Made by a program: the position numbers and the translations under genes. A stretch of DNA of 64,000 nucleotides. It comes from Tubulanus polymorphus. Its lineage: Eukaryota > Animalia > Nemertea. The number at the start of each line of letters is the position of its first letter. Within the stretch, counting starts at the first letter, position 1. Under the pieces are notes generated by a model. The model saw only the letters and a list, made by a program, of their open reading frames with translations, ran no database searches and was not told the origin of the DNA. The stretch covers positions 20,482,210-20,546,209 of the forward strand of contig NC_134030.1 in assembly GCF_964204645.1 (NCBI RefSeq). Reading direction: 5' to 3'. Positions 39,129-53,000 of the stretch are shown piece by piece.

Positions 39129-39399
39129 CTGAAAAATATTGTTATTGATATGGACTTTCATTCTTTATTTTGCTACACGTGTAGTCTTCGCCCACTCCTT
39201 CGGCGTTTCTTCATCATTCTAATATTTCAACTTCTAGGATTTCACACACAGGCGATTTTTTTCAGCGCTCTATCAAAAAGTGATCATGTAAACTGCTTAC
39301 ATCATGTAATAATCGCCAGAGGGTCAAACCCCCTGTCCGTTAATTCATAATACTTACAGATTGATTGCAGTCAAAAAGAGTTTCATCAGTTCAACATAC

Positions 39400-39469
39400 C
39401 TGTCTTTGCCAGCATGATATCCAGGCAGAGTATCACGCAGATTATCGATAACAACCTCGTTATTACCAT
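39400..39469 (-). CDS. Gene B2 exon 1: signal peptide MVITRLLSIICVILCLDIMLAKT
   Basis: ATG, hydrophobic core, phase-1 donor G|gtatgt. Paralogous to 11728-11793. Confidence 0.82.
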
Positions 39470-39777
39470 GTCACCTATTACACATAACAGATCTAGGAAA
39501 TCGCGGGTAATAATAACAGCAGACACCAGTCGTATGAATTCGAATCTCGTTATATCAGCATAGGCCTCACCATATGATAGTTATCACGTAATTGTTTATC
39601 TTTAAATGTTTTACTGTAACGACAATGCAATCAATATGTTCAAATTTCTGGATTGAACCGGAAAAACAGGAAAGTTCAAAGTTTATCTATTAACAGACAG
39701 CTAAACATTGACTTCTCATTGCGCAGGTCGGGAGCTTGTTAACTGGCAGATTACCCAGTCGTGCAGGCCGTTTCAAG

Positions 39778-39925
39778 TTATTTATACAAGACCAAAACAA
39801 TAGAAACAGAGTGAGTAATTGAAATGTTGAAAGGGGAATAGATTAAAGTAAAGACGTAACAGCTGGAAAATAATGGTAAAGTTAGCAAGGGCAAGGGACA
39901 AAAACTGATTAAAGTAATTAGAAAA
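39778..39925 (-). mobile_element. Penelope terminal-repeat fragment
   Basis: Similar to 5427-5570. Confidence 0.65.
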
Positions 39926-40078
39926 TAAGTCCTCTTTTTGGCTGTAAATATTGTGGGATTTCTTGCTTAGGGTCAGTCATGCTCTCTGGGCGGTCTTCAG
40001 TCGTAGAAGATCGACGTGACTCTCTATGCCTGGTCGGAAGTCACGCGCAAACAGCGAATGATCCGTCCCTATATTCAC

Positions 40079-43000
40079 CGGTTCCTGAACTTCGCTGAAA
40101 AAGCTGAATCACTGAAACGCTGAAACGCTGAAATAAAAACGCTGAAATTTCAGGGAATTTCCGAAAAACGCCGAAATTTCAGGGAATTCCCGAAAAACGC
40201 TGAAATCGTGCTAGGTACCAACAATACACGTTTGAAATATTTTCCGGGCCGGTGTCCGCTGCCGAGTCCTGAACCGTGTTTTAGTCTCTACCTTCGGTTA
40301 CAGAGACACGCATGGACAGTATGTGTGGAGTATACTTCTAGAGGGCCACTTGTTGGGACAAATTAATTCGCTTGAAATCCGGATTTTTAATGCATACAGG
40401 CAGCATAATGAGGAAAACCCATTCACAAACCGTGCAAGCCAACTTAAACACTATGCTCAATATTCCCTGCAAGACGCAAAATATCTTATTTGAACGTTCA
40501 TGTATAAAACATGGAGCAACTTTTCTTTTGTCAAAACGTTGATGGGCGACGGACTATGTCACTATGGTATTCTCTGAAGGAGGTAAATTAAATTTGACAG
40601 CTAGTTATATAAATGATGCAGCTTTTGGACAAAAGGGATCTAACTAAATTTCTTTTTAATTCACTGTGGAATGGAATGGATTGACGCCTATGGCATGCAG
40701 TAGGCCCCTATGTATGGGTCATACTGATTAGCGTCAACCAATTAATCTAAATCGGGCTAACCATTCAACAACTGTGAATAATTTATTTGCTGTGGCGTGA
40801 TAATAATTAGTTTTTTTGAAGAAATGACATACCAACTGTTAGAAAAATGTACCGATTCTTATTTTTAGACTACTACTGAATCTATAAAAGGAGGAGTCAT
40901 AGACAAAGTTGATTTGCTTAGCTGGTGACACTTCTTGTCAAGTACATCATCTCAAGTACTGGGTGTTTTGTAAGTTTAATTTCAGTATTTATTTACTAAG
41001 TGCTGTTCACTCGGACCTCAGTGCTTTCAAACTAGGCCCACCCCATAGGCTATACAGTCCAGGGTGTATTAGCCACTATTCTTTTATATCCGACTAAAAT
41101 GCACCTTTTTCTATTTATAGATTCAGGCTTAGAATGTGCAAATTTTTTGAGATACTGAGAAATCAGATGGCACCAGTAAACTTCAACTGCGAAATTTGCA
41201 GCAGGATAGCTGAACGACACAATTTTTAAAAATAAAATGGCTATTCGAATGCTATTTCAATAATAACTTGATTCAACCAGAGAGAAATAAGTCAATTGCG
41301 GATGTACAGTACACCCACTTTTCTTCCCTGTTTCCTGGTACCAAATTTTTAGTCTTAAGCTAAGCGATATTCTAAGGTATACTAGTGGATTTCATTAGAA
41401 TATGAAGCAATGGAACCAGAATTCTAGTTAAGCGAACTATTGATTCTGATATAATGTAAGAACTGATTTCCTTTGTATACTCTTGCAGAATGTGTTATGT
41501 ATTATTTCAAGCTGTTAAATAATATAGTTAGACAAATATCCAATTATTGGATCTTTCTTGTTGACTCGTTTAATTTTGTGAGTTAAGAGTTCCAGTCAAT
41601 CCACAATGTGCAGTGCCTAGCCTTCATCTACACTAAAGCCATGCCTGTGTATGGGAAAAAAATATCGTTCGACTCCTATAGGCCAGATACATCAAAGCAT
41701 GCAATACATTGCAGATAGTAGTCTCCGGCAAGTCGAAAGAGAAAGTAAACCAGGTTTTACCCCGTACCCTACCCGGGAACAAAGACACTTAAAGATTCCT
41801 TCCTCCTTGTAGAAATTGTAGAAATATGGCACCCAATTGTAGCAATGCTAAGTACAGTATACTATGACGGTTGAACCTTTATTAACGAATTTCAATGACA
41901 CCGAAAATAGAATCAAAATAATCATTAGTTCCATGCTAGCACTTAATTTGGGTTATCAGGTTCAGCCTAACTGTACTAGGGATTTCAGGTCACGTGATCA
42001 AAATGTGTCATAATTAGCGTTTTCCTCGCTTCAAATTTTTATTCACTCACAAAAAACGCATTTTATATCCGATTGAAACCAAACTTGCTCAGTATGCTCA
42101 ATTTACCGATTATTTGTTGTGGTGTAAATTTCATGAGTGTATCTTGCGTAGTTACAGAGAAATAAATCGTAGTTCAGCGCGCATCGCCGGATTTCTAGGA
42201 AACAAAATGGCGGCCATGTTTGAACGTGCATTTTTCAATCACGTGAAAACCACATGCAATTTTTTAGGTCAAATCCGCAAGCCCGCTGTTGATTGGCTGA
42301 TTATTTGACCTCGGAACATTTTAAAAACATTACTCGGCTATAACGTAGTGGTGCGTACTTTTTTGCCCGGCCGTGTATTTGCTATTTTTAAGCGATGAAC
42401 GTATTTCAAAGCTTCAATATGCGAAAATTATAATAATTGACAAAAAGTACACCCATACGTTTCAAAATTGAATACTTAATTAATCATTTTCTTTAATTAC
42501 TTTTATGATTGATTTAGTAGTCTTTCGCGGATTTTGACCTAAAGTTGGCGAGGTGCTTAAAATTGTTTACATCCGGGTCACTTCCGGCTCCACACCGGCT
42601 GCCAGCTGATCAATTAAAACACTTCCTGGTTCGTTTTTGCTACTCTAAATGGCAATTTAGCAACTAAAACGACAATGTTACTCAATAAATTTATTCTTTA
42701 TTAAGAAATCGGCCAAGTATAAGTAAAATAATGGCTATCGAATGGCAAATTCTTTAGTATTTTCCACCAGAATCCAGGCCTTGTCTTGTGCAAATTTTTT
42801 CCCAAGCAAAAATTTACTTTTCCCAATCTCCTTTGCCTAATAAGTTGAAATATTCATCTTCACAATTAAAGGAAATGCTAGGATAGCTCCTGAAATGAAA
42901 TTTACTTATTTGAGCTTTTTTGACTCGAGGCCTCCTAGGCCTACCACTGCAATGTAACTGCCGCCAGTAGTGCAGTAGGCCTAAAACACCCAATCAATGG

Positions 43001-44925
43001 TTTTTCGAGCCAAATGATGTTGGTCACCTAAATCTAACCTCTCATAGGCCTACGTAGGTCTATCCTCTTGATGTTGTGGAATATATTACTCAAAATCAGA
43101 AAAAAAACTATATAACTAAGGCCTTGAGATTTTGCGTTTTAGTAAAAAAGACTTTCGGCTCCCGAAACCTCCATCAATAGGCAAACCAATACAGCTTTGA
43201 CTTTGATGACTATGAGGTACTAATGTTTCATGGGTGGCCATACTGATGAGTGAAACATTTTATGTTAGGATTATTTTCACTGATCGGCTAGGCCCTACGT
43301 TGTGAAATGATAGATGTGAACACGGATGTCCTAATGTTCATGATTGTGCATCTTATCTTCTGGGATCAATATTTACAGACTAATACTTGTCTAATACATT
43401 CAATTGAGCTAGTTTGTCATCATTCTTATTCAATAGAAGAAACTTCCAGAAAAAAGACCTTTCATTAGATACCAAACATGACATACTTTGTTGAGATTGG
43501 TCACTTCCGATGAAATATCGACATAAAACAAGATGGCCGCCTTCTTGTGAGCCACAATCTGAGATATCATGATAAAGATATTTTTTCGAGATGTCTTTTA
43601 AGGATCTCTGAAAGAATAACAAGGGTTTACACATTCATTTTAATACATTCATTTTTTCTGAACTTGATAAATCTCTTCAAATGATTGTCTGATTCTTCTG
43701 CGGCAAGTGAGGATCTGAAAATATAATGATTATTATTAGTATCTGAGCATCTCAAAATGCAGGAATATGATCTTAGGAACATTGAGATATTCTAGAAGAG
43801 GAATTATTGTTAACAATATAGGCCTAAAGGCCATATCGAATGAGCTATTTACAATTCAGTGGAAGTTAATTAGATTCAAGATGGCCGCCTCAATACTCAC
43901 CTTATGGTTACCACGGTAACCGGTATAACCTAGTTGTTCGATTTCTCCATTGTATTTACCTCAAAATTGATATTGGATGTATTCCAGTATCATTTATCTT
44001 GAAAAAGAAATTCTCATATAGTGTATTAATGGTATTGTAGTATGTATTAATTAGTTAATGAGTATGCAAATTAGCCTAATTTACATATTTGCATAAATAC
44101 TTCTAGAATCTCAATACTCTTTTTACCAACAACGTGCTGAGCAAGTTTGGTTTCAATCGGATAGGAATTTTGGGAGATATATTAGTTTTAATGTTGAATT
44201 TACTACTTTAATCAGGCTAAAAAGCAGTAAAACCTAGACACTTCCTGTCTGACTCTTTAATTGAAAATGAACTAGAGTGTATTGCGCAATCGAATGACAA
44301 ATATACCCCAAATTTCCACCCTTTAATTGCTTATAACTTTTGAACCGCTTGACCGATTTTGATTCTGTAAAGTGCTATATCCTTATGCTATCCCCTTCTT
44401 CATTTTAACCTATTAAAAAGACACATAGGACACATAGAAATTTTCAACCTGAAATCCCTAACTGTACTTTCATTCAGTACGAGACTTGGCAATGATAAGT
44501 TGCAAGAAATCACCAAACATAAGAAAAAATATTGTGAATTAATATTACTGTGATTAAGAATTTATTCAAATGAAGTGATAACTTCATTGTTAGATCGTAC
44601 CGGTATATGCACGTAAAACTATGGCAAAAAACACATCTAACAATCCACGCAATCCGCAATCGATCAAGTCGATCATGACGACGACCTTAGGGCATGTCTC
44701 TGTAACCGAAGGTAGAGCATAAAACACGGTTCAGGACTCGTCAGCGGACACCGGCCCGGAAAACATTTCAAAACGTGTATTGTCGGTACCTAGCACGATT
44801 TCAGCGTTTTTCGGGAATTCCCTGAAATTTCGGCGTTTTTCGGAAATTCCCTGAAATTTCAGCGTTTTTATTTCAGCGTTTCAGCTTTTCAGTGTTTCAG
44901 CTTTTTCAGCGAAGTTCAGGAACCG
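40079..44925. mobile_element. Non-autonomous TIR transposon, Mutator/MULE-like (~230-bp TIRs, 9-bp TSD TATATTCAC)
   Basis: TIRs at 40079-40310 and 44693-44925; TSD at 40070-40078 and 44926-44934. Confidence 0.88.
41978..44459. mobile_element. Nested TIR element (AGGGATTTCAGGT termini, 9-bp TSD AACTGTACT)
   Basis: aactgtact|agggatttcaggt ... acctgaaatccct|aactgtact. It can alternatively be read as TAGGG termini with a 7-bp TSD. Confidence 0.8.
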
Positions 44926-45817
44926 TATATTCACGCGACGAAATCTTAGACCGGTCTAAATTTGGTCTTCGTATTCAAATATTCATATTCGTATGCTTTG
45001 AACCGTGTTTTAAACGACACTTGGAGTTTCAGCGTGATGGAATAAAATTCGCAATAAATGTCTAAACCTGACAGAGGATCGAATTGGTCAAATGAAGAAT
45101 TTCTTGCTCTACTTGGAATCTGGAAGCAAAACGTCATCCAGGCCCATACTTAGCAGATGACGACATGTTGCGGGCCCGGTGACAAGTGAGTTTATCAACG
45201 CGTGTCAAAATGCCATATGAACGCTCAAGAAAATTTGGTCCGGTCTAAATTTGGACCGGACTAGGTACGGACCCATTTAGACCGGTCTAACTAGTTGTCG
45301 TGTGAGCGAACTAGTGTACTAGTTGTATGTTTCTCGTTATAGTGCATTGAAATACAGTGTCAATATTCAATATGCCAAGGCGTCACGTATAACTGCTTAA
45401 AATCCAGTGTCCAGTTTTATAGACTGGTATTATCATAAACCCGGGGTTAACTCAATTGAAAATTAATTAAGTTAGCCCCCGGGGTAAAGTTAATACCAAT
45501 CTATAAAACCGGGCCCAGGAATCAAATCGTGCTTTTGAAGATTTTTGGGCGTTTTTTTTCTAGCTTAAAATAAGAGGGATTGACCCTATCATTTATTTGG
45601 TTGGTAAATTTCGTTTGATTTCTTTGTTTTGATCGAGTGTCCCTTACAAACCCACCACACCTGCTGGGAGCGAAACAGTTAAAAGATTAAAGATACTGAA
45701 AACTTTAAAGTCGCGCAAAGTTTAAAGTTCGTATGGCATAATTGAAAAATATTTATTTAGGCGACGTTTACGTACCATGATGTCATTCTTTTTGCGATAC
45801 CAACAATAAAGAATAGA

Positions 45818-45905
45818 ATGACGTTCAGTCATTTTGTTTATACCTGGATAGTCTTACTGCTAGTGATTAACGACACAGAAGGGCTTCAAACAAAGATTAA
45901 TTCAG
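45818..45905 (+). CDS. Gene C2 exon 1: signal peptide MTFSHFVYTWIVLLLVINDTEGLQTKINS
   Basis: 88 nt, G|gtaggt donor, paralog of 12134-12221. Confidence 0.78.
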
Positions 45906-45974
45906 GTAGGTCACTACAGTCATATTTATTGAAAGAATATATCGTTCTCTCAACCTCGCAGTGATTCGAACGCT

Positions 45975-46858
45975 GCCACATTCTCCCTCACAGGGAATTG
46001 AAACTGATGACATCGTGAGACTCTGCCACATTCTCCTTCGCAGGGAGTTGAACCTGATGACATCATGAGACTCTGCCACATTCTTCTCCCTCACAGGGCG
46101 TTGAACCTGATAACATCGTGAGACTCTGCCACATTCTCCCTCACAGAGATTTGAATCTGATGGCATCGTGAGACTCTGCCACATTCTCCCTCACAGGGAG
46201 TTGAACCCGATGACATCGTGAGACTCTGCCACGTTCCTCCCTCGCAGGGATTCGAACCTGATGACATCGTGAGACTCTGCCACATTCTCCTTCGCAGGGA
46301 GTTGAACCTGATGACATCGTGAGACTCTGCCGCGTTCCTCCCTCACAGGGAGTTGAAACTGATGACATCGTGAGACTCTGCCGCGTTCCTCCCTCACAGG
46401 GAGTTGAAACTGATGACATCGTGAGACTCTGCCACATTCTCCTTCGCAGGGAGTTGAACCTGATAACATCATGAGACTCTGCCACATTCTCCCTCACAGG
46501 GAGTTGAAACTGATGACATCGTGAGACTCTGCCGCGTTCCTCCCTCACAGGGAGTTGAACCTGATAACATCATGAGACTCTGCCACATTCCCCCTCACAG
46601 GGAGTTGAAACTGATGACATCGTGAGACTCTGCCACATTCCATCCTCACAGGGAATTGAACCTGATAACATCATGAGACTCTGTCACATTCTCCCTCACA
46701 GGGAGTTGAACCTGATAACATCATGAGACCCTCCACATTCTCCTTCGCAGGGAGTTGAACCTGATAACATCATGAGAGTCTGTCACATTCTCCCTCACAG
46801 GGAGTTGAACCTGATGACATCATGAGAGTCTGCCACATTCTCCCTCACAGGGAGTTCA
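45975..46858. repeat. Expanded ~50-bp minisatellite (about 17 units) in C2 intron 1
   Basis: Unit gatgacatcgtgagactctgccacattctccctcacagggagttgaacct. Confidence 0.95.
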
Positions 46859-47715
46859 ACATTATTCAAAAACGAATGTTAATAAACTAGTATGTTTATA
46901 AACAAAATGAATTATTTACTTACGTAGAAGTAGTAATGTTTATTTTCTTGCAAGGCTTGCAAGGCTTGATAAAATCAAATAACTCTAGACTAGTGATGTG
47001 TTTTTTCAGATACATATTTAACGCCGCCGAACTCATAGAATAGTTCAGAGTTCTTCAATTCGTCTTAAATTTAGTATGATATGCTTAGGAAAATATCAAA
47101 TTCAAAACCAACTGATAACTTATCATTAGAGATAACGAAAAACATTTAACACGAAACAAAACATTCTTTATTTTGCTTCTTGATTAAGCTTCTCAGTAGA
47201 GTTCGATTCAGACCGCCATGTCTTTTGCAATCCTTCAACACAGTGAAGAATGAATCAAAAAACGATGTTTTAGGTCAATTGCCAGTTCTTTCTAGTCCTG
47301 AAATGGTATTTTATCAGATATTTACTATCAAGCCCGACTGAGCTAGGCCACCGTCTGATGCGCTCTCTCAAGTCAAGTTGAAATGGACATTTCCAACCGC
47401 TCTAAAAGGGCGCGTACCAAGACGCACGTGCCATGTTACTATTTATATATAAGGTCATCGACTAACTCGTCTTGGAACTAATGATGACCATGTTGCTCCG
47501 TGCATATCTTCGATGAAGAGTCACCCAAAAGGCTACACAAGTAATACGGACTGTATATAGGTATATAGTAGGACCTAATGAATATGTCAAATACTGATCG
47601 CTTATAGATAAATCCTTAACTTTAATATTTCAGCACCTGATGGAGTTGTACTGTACAGTGCGAATGTATTACCGGGTACAAGAATATTACGTATATTGTG
47701 TATTTGATATTTCAG

Positions 47716-48003
47716 CACCTGATGGAGTTGTACTGGACAGTGTGAATGTATTACCGGGTACTAGAATATTATTGTCGGAGGAAGGTAAAACTGTTCGTAT
47801 TACTTGTAAACAGAGCAGCTCTACAGCGACTAGACGTGTGCAACTACAGGTGAATAATGGAGCAGGAGGGACCTGGACTCCAATAAAACTCAGTATATCG
47901 ACAGTGTGGAAATTTGTACCCGAGGCTGGAAAACAGTATAAATGTGTGGCCACTAATTCAGCCGGAACGAAAGAAAGTAAACTCTTCAAATCGGATGTTA
48001 TCA
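47716..48003 (+). CDS. Gene C2 exon 2: Ig domain P
   Basis: 288 nt, phase 1-1. Reads EGKTVRITC...W...EAGKQYKCVATNSAG. Confidence 0.82.
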
Positions 48004-48618
48004 GTTAGTATCTTTGGTGGAAAAACATTTCTCATGTAGGATGAAGCTAGTTGCCCTTGTCATGTTGGTAATTCTGGTCATAACTCCAGCTGGGCAAAAG
48101 TGCAGATCCGCACCTCTTATAAATAGTGCTGTAATATAACCTAACATCTACACCTAATGTAATGGTACTTAAAAGTTCTCTATACCAATGTTGTATCACT
48201 AACAATCTTCACCAATGTTGTGGGATTAAGGCTTTGTCGTGACTACTGGATTTCTTATATCGTGCTCTAACTAGTCATCAATGTTGGACTATCGGATTTT
48301 ATGCTACAGTTGCTCGGCCTATTTCTTCCTCAAGTTAGATGTTAAACAATTCTATCTGATATGATCACGTTTTGCTTTCCTTATTTTCCTTCTTACTCGT
48401 TTCATTCTCTCTTCTTTCTCTCTTTCGCTCTCTCCGTCTTCTCTCTCCCTCAATTCTTCTTCATGAGCAAAACCCTTAGACTTATATACCTATTTCCCAC
48501 ATTCATCACAAATTCCTAAGCAATGATCTCATCATCTTCTAACCTGACCCTATATGGTTTTCTTAGTCCCACTACTTCTACTCATACACATGAATATTTC
48601 TTAATTATTTTGTTTAAG

Positions 48619-48927
48619 GTATAAAGATAGATGAGTGTAGGCAGCTTGTTAAATCATTGGATTGTACTTGCAAAGCCGTTAGTAAAATTGGTGATTCAAA
48701 TCTAGCAGTGGCATGGTACCCTAACGGATTCGAAGATAAACGTCATGATTTCTTTTTTAGTCGGGCCCCAACGGTGCAAAAAATAATAGAAAATGGAATA
48801 ATCAACAGAATTTCGTTCGTATTATCGACGCTGGATTTTGCCACTGCGATTCAATGTCGTTTGTCGACGTACAATGGTATAAAACCGGCAAAAAGAATAG
48901 TACATCAACGTAACGTGGACGTAACGT
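48619..48927 (+). CDS. Gene C2 exon 3: Ig-like domain Q; no D or TM exons found downstream in the window
   Basis: 309 nt, phase 1-1, paralog of 13870-14178. Confidence 0.78.
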
Positions 48928-49377
48928 GTAAGTTCCCAACATTTCTATCGATATGTTAAGCCCAACGCACACTGCAAAACATTTGTTTCGCCGAAACAGA
49001 AAACACGTTTTTCAGAAAACGTTTTCTGCTTGTGAAAAACGTTTTTCAGTTCGGCCTTTTTTTGTTTTGCCTCCCCCGCACACGGCATAACAAAAAACAT
49101 CAAAAACGTTTTTTTCACGAGGAAAAAACGTTTTTTCGGTGCGGTGTGCGGTGTGCGTTTAAGCAGCATGAAACCCAATAACAACAACTGAACAGCCTTT
49201 TTACAAATCAGCTTTTGGGGAATATTGTGGCGGCCTTTCGAGGTCCCCATTGTTGCTAACATCTTCCGCTCGTTTATTTGAAGCATAAGTTTTGATTGAA
49301 TATCAATAAGCTCGACAGTCCCTTGTTTGATGAATTATTAATATAAACATCATTATAAAGGAAATGAAACGCATATA

Positions 49378-50003
49378 AGGAGAGAATCCCACAATGATAA
49401 TAAAAAGTCCGAAAATGAAACTTCGAGATAGTAGTTTATTTCAACGTTTCGACTATATCCTAATAGTCATCTTCAGGAATAATGAGATACTACAGAAATT
49501 ATGAGATATATATACAATCCAGAGACAAAGAGACTAATTCAAGTAATCAGAGATGATACAAAATAAAGGAAAATTAACGTAGAAACAGTTACACGCTAAA
49601 ATAGGTTAAAGGGAAGCAAACTAAGGGGTGATTATAAACAACAATAGTGAGTATAAATATAAATGAAACTTAAAGTCAGTAGTAAAAAGAAAGACAAACT
49701 AGGGGGCACTTAAATTAAAACAAAGGTGAATACAAGTTAAGTCAGAGACGAAATTGATGAGAGAACAAATAACAAATAATCAAAGGGGAAATCAAGTGTT
49801 GAGTTTAACCAGTTTACAGAGGAATTTTGATATAAGTTTATTATGGGGTGAAAAACCATTGTTAAGGTTTACAACGTTGTTCGAATTTTCAATAATTAAT
49901 GCAGATTTCAAAAATTATTGAAAATTCGAACAACGTTGTAAACCTTAACAATGGTTTTTCACCCCATAATAAACTTATATCAAAATTCCTCTGTAAACTG
50001 GTT
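49378..50003 (-). mobile_element. 5'-truncated Penelope-like copy with hammerhead core (49442-49477) and a 91-bp perfect hairpin
   Basis: Minus strand reads CTGAAGA-t-gactat(taggat)atagtc-GAAAC. The ORF end (SALIIENSNNVVNLNNGFSPHN) matches the end of ORF 5718-6332. Hairpin arms are 49807-49897 and 49913-50003. Confidence 0.85.
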
Positions 50004-53000
50004 TATTTTACGTCTTAATCAGTTGGATAGCAGGCACAGAGTGTTATGATAATTAGTTACAGTATACACAGAATAGAATCGAATATTATACTACTTGATT
50101 ACTCATACTTCATCAGATCGTAACTGAGATTGTCCTAAAATGACTTTTCTTTAACTACATACTTAATACAAAGGCCTATTTCTACAAACAAATAAACCCC
50201 TGTGAAGCTGGCTCCCGGTTCCCGGTTCCTTATTCGGCTCCCGATTCAAAATGCTGTTGAACCGGGAGCCGAATCGGGAACCGGGAACCGGGAGCCGGCT
50301 ACTGGTTCAGCTCCCGATTCAAAATGCTGTTGAACCGGGAGCCGAATCGGGAACCGGGAGCCGGCTACTGGTTCAGCTCCCGATTCAAAATGCTTTTGAA
50401 CCGGGAGCCGAATCGGGAACCGGGAACCGGGAGCCGGCTACTGGTTCAGCTCCCGATTCAAAATGTGAAGCTGGCTACTTATTCGCCAGGTGGCGCTGGT
50501 GTACACTGTGCTGTAGTCCAGACATTTCACGTAACTATGTCTACTCTGCTGATAAACAAACTCGACCTCGACCTTGACAAGAAATCGCCAGGTGTGGCGC
50601 GAGCCAATCCAGACGTCTAAACACGATTGCGTATGCGACCGCGAGACTCGCGGTCGCTATACGTCAGTAAGCTGCGTCTATTAATAACATAACTTGGTTT
50701 AAGAACGTGTGTATTGCTCGGTCGTTTTTCTCGTCACCGAATCGACTTCTTCATATGTTATTCGCCTCTTTAATCATTTAATCAATAAACCATCGATTGT
50801 TCCCGAGCTATAGGGTATTGATTAGTCAGCACTGAAAGGGTTAACAAGAGAGAAAGTTTCTAACGAAAGTTATCGAATCCCCAAGACAACAATATCTGCA
50901 AGCCCATGAAATTGTAAGATATAAAATAAACATACGCTTTCTGCCTACCGTATAAATCACCCTTCATGCAGGGTAAATCCATTGTCGAAGATGAAAAAAC
51001 AATCACTTCAATATTCTATTAAACTTAATATTTTCCTATCTATCAAATTCCATAGAAAAAAGACCGGGAACCGGGAGCCGGAACCGATTCGCTATACGTC
51101 AGTAAGCTGCGTCTATTAATAACATAACTTGGTTTAAGAACGTGTGTATTGCTCGGTCGTTTTTCTCGTCACCGAATCGACTTCTTCATATGTTATTCGC
51201 CTCTTTAATCATTTAATCAATAAACCATCGATTGTTCCCGAGCTATAGGGTATTGATTAGTCAGCACTGAAAGGGTTAACAAGAGAGAAAGTTTCTAACG
51301 AAAGTTATCGAATCCCCAAGACAACAATATCTGCAAGCCCATGAAATTGTAAGATATAAAATAAACAGACGCTTTCTGCCTACCGTATAAATCACCCTTC
51401 ATGCAGGGTAAATCCATTGTCGAAGATGAAAAAACAATCACTTCAATATTCTATTAAACTTAATATTTTCCTATCTATCAAATTCCATAGAAAAAAGACC
51501 GGGAACCGGGAGCCGGAACCGATTCGGCTCCCGATTCAAAATCATTTTGAATCGGGAGCCGAATCGGGAACCGGTAGCCGGCTCCCGGTTCCCGGTTCAA
51601 AACCATTTTGAATCGGGAGCCGAACCGGGAACCGGGAACCGGTGGCCGGCTCCCGATTCAAAATGTGAAGCTGGTTACTTATTCGATTCGAACAGGATTC
51701 TCTATTGCGGACAGGTAAATGTTATGATTGCGTAACTATGGTGTCTGCTCTCAAGTGCTAGCCGTAACCTTGACCACCAGTCGAGACGAGGCCAATCGAG
51801 ACGTCTAAACACATCGCGCAACCAGGTGTGCTGACCGCGGGCGTTGCCCGGAGCGTTGACCTGCATTTTGACTCGGCAACTCATAATATCTTCTTTCATT
51901 CATTGAAGGTTTTGTGAAATAAGCGAAATCCTCGGAAATTTCTTTCCTTTTAAAAACTGCCAGCTGCTGCTACTACGTCATCATTCCGATATGAGTGTAT
52001 GAAGCTACGAGATAGATTGTACGCGTGACTTGTGATATGTAGTTTTTCCCACAGCCAAATGGGTTAATGCCCTGGGCCCGGTTTAGGTGATAATTCGAAT
52101 TGAAAGTGCTTTATTCTAGTTAGTGAATTCGATGATTAAATCTATTTCACAAACGCTAATTAGGGAAGAATTTACTAATTAGAAGTATCTACAAATAGAA
52201 GTCTAATACCTGGACACAACAAATCACCAGGTGATGGCACGAGCCAATTCAGACGTCTAAACACGATTGCGTAAACATGTCTGCTGATAAGAGCTATAGT
52301 TAACCTCTACCTCAACCACCGTAACAAAGTGGAAGCCAATGGAGACGTCTTAACAAACACCACGTGCGTGCCGATGTCTGCAACTCTAGTAAATATTTGA
52401 TCAGAACAGAATTAGAAAAGAATGGATTTATTTTCACCATTTCACCCAACATTTGAATGCTTGAAGAAGGATAAAATTATTTAAAATTACATGTTCAACT
52501 GAATGAATTTTTTTTAATACCTGTTTATTTGTTTAATTTGTTTGCAACGGAAAATTTTCAGTCTTTGGCAATAATGAAAATGTCTGCTGATTGTGAAACA
52601 CGAAACATTTGGACACATCAATTTATGACTAACCAATTAATGACAAACATTTAAAGGATTAAAACATAATTTCCGTGACCAGTTTAAGAAAATATGTCTG
52701 TCATTGATTCTTATGCCCCGCTCGAAATATTTTATTTGGTGAATCCCATTGTGTGTTCCTTGAGGTACCCCATAAAAAGTACGTATTGCAATATCGCTTT
52801 GAAATCCTTAATGCTTTGATATTTTGGAAAAACCTTTCAAACCTTCACGGCCGTTAGGCTAAATCTAAATTTCAGTTTATAGCGTAATATTTTCGTCAGT
52901 GTGCAATGGCAATCGTTTGAATGGCGAATAAATTCGTATTCAATTCAGATGTCTCTAACGCGTTTGCATAACTATGTCAGATGCTGGCGAGCGGTTACCT

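Noticed and set aside
50251-50620. Repetitive ORFs (REPNREPG...) and their mirror images at 61547-61958
   Set aside because: They arise from GC-rich subrepeats in the foldback arms and show no protein-family motifs.
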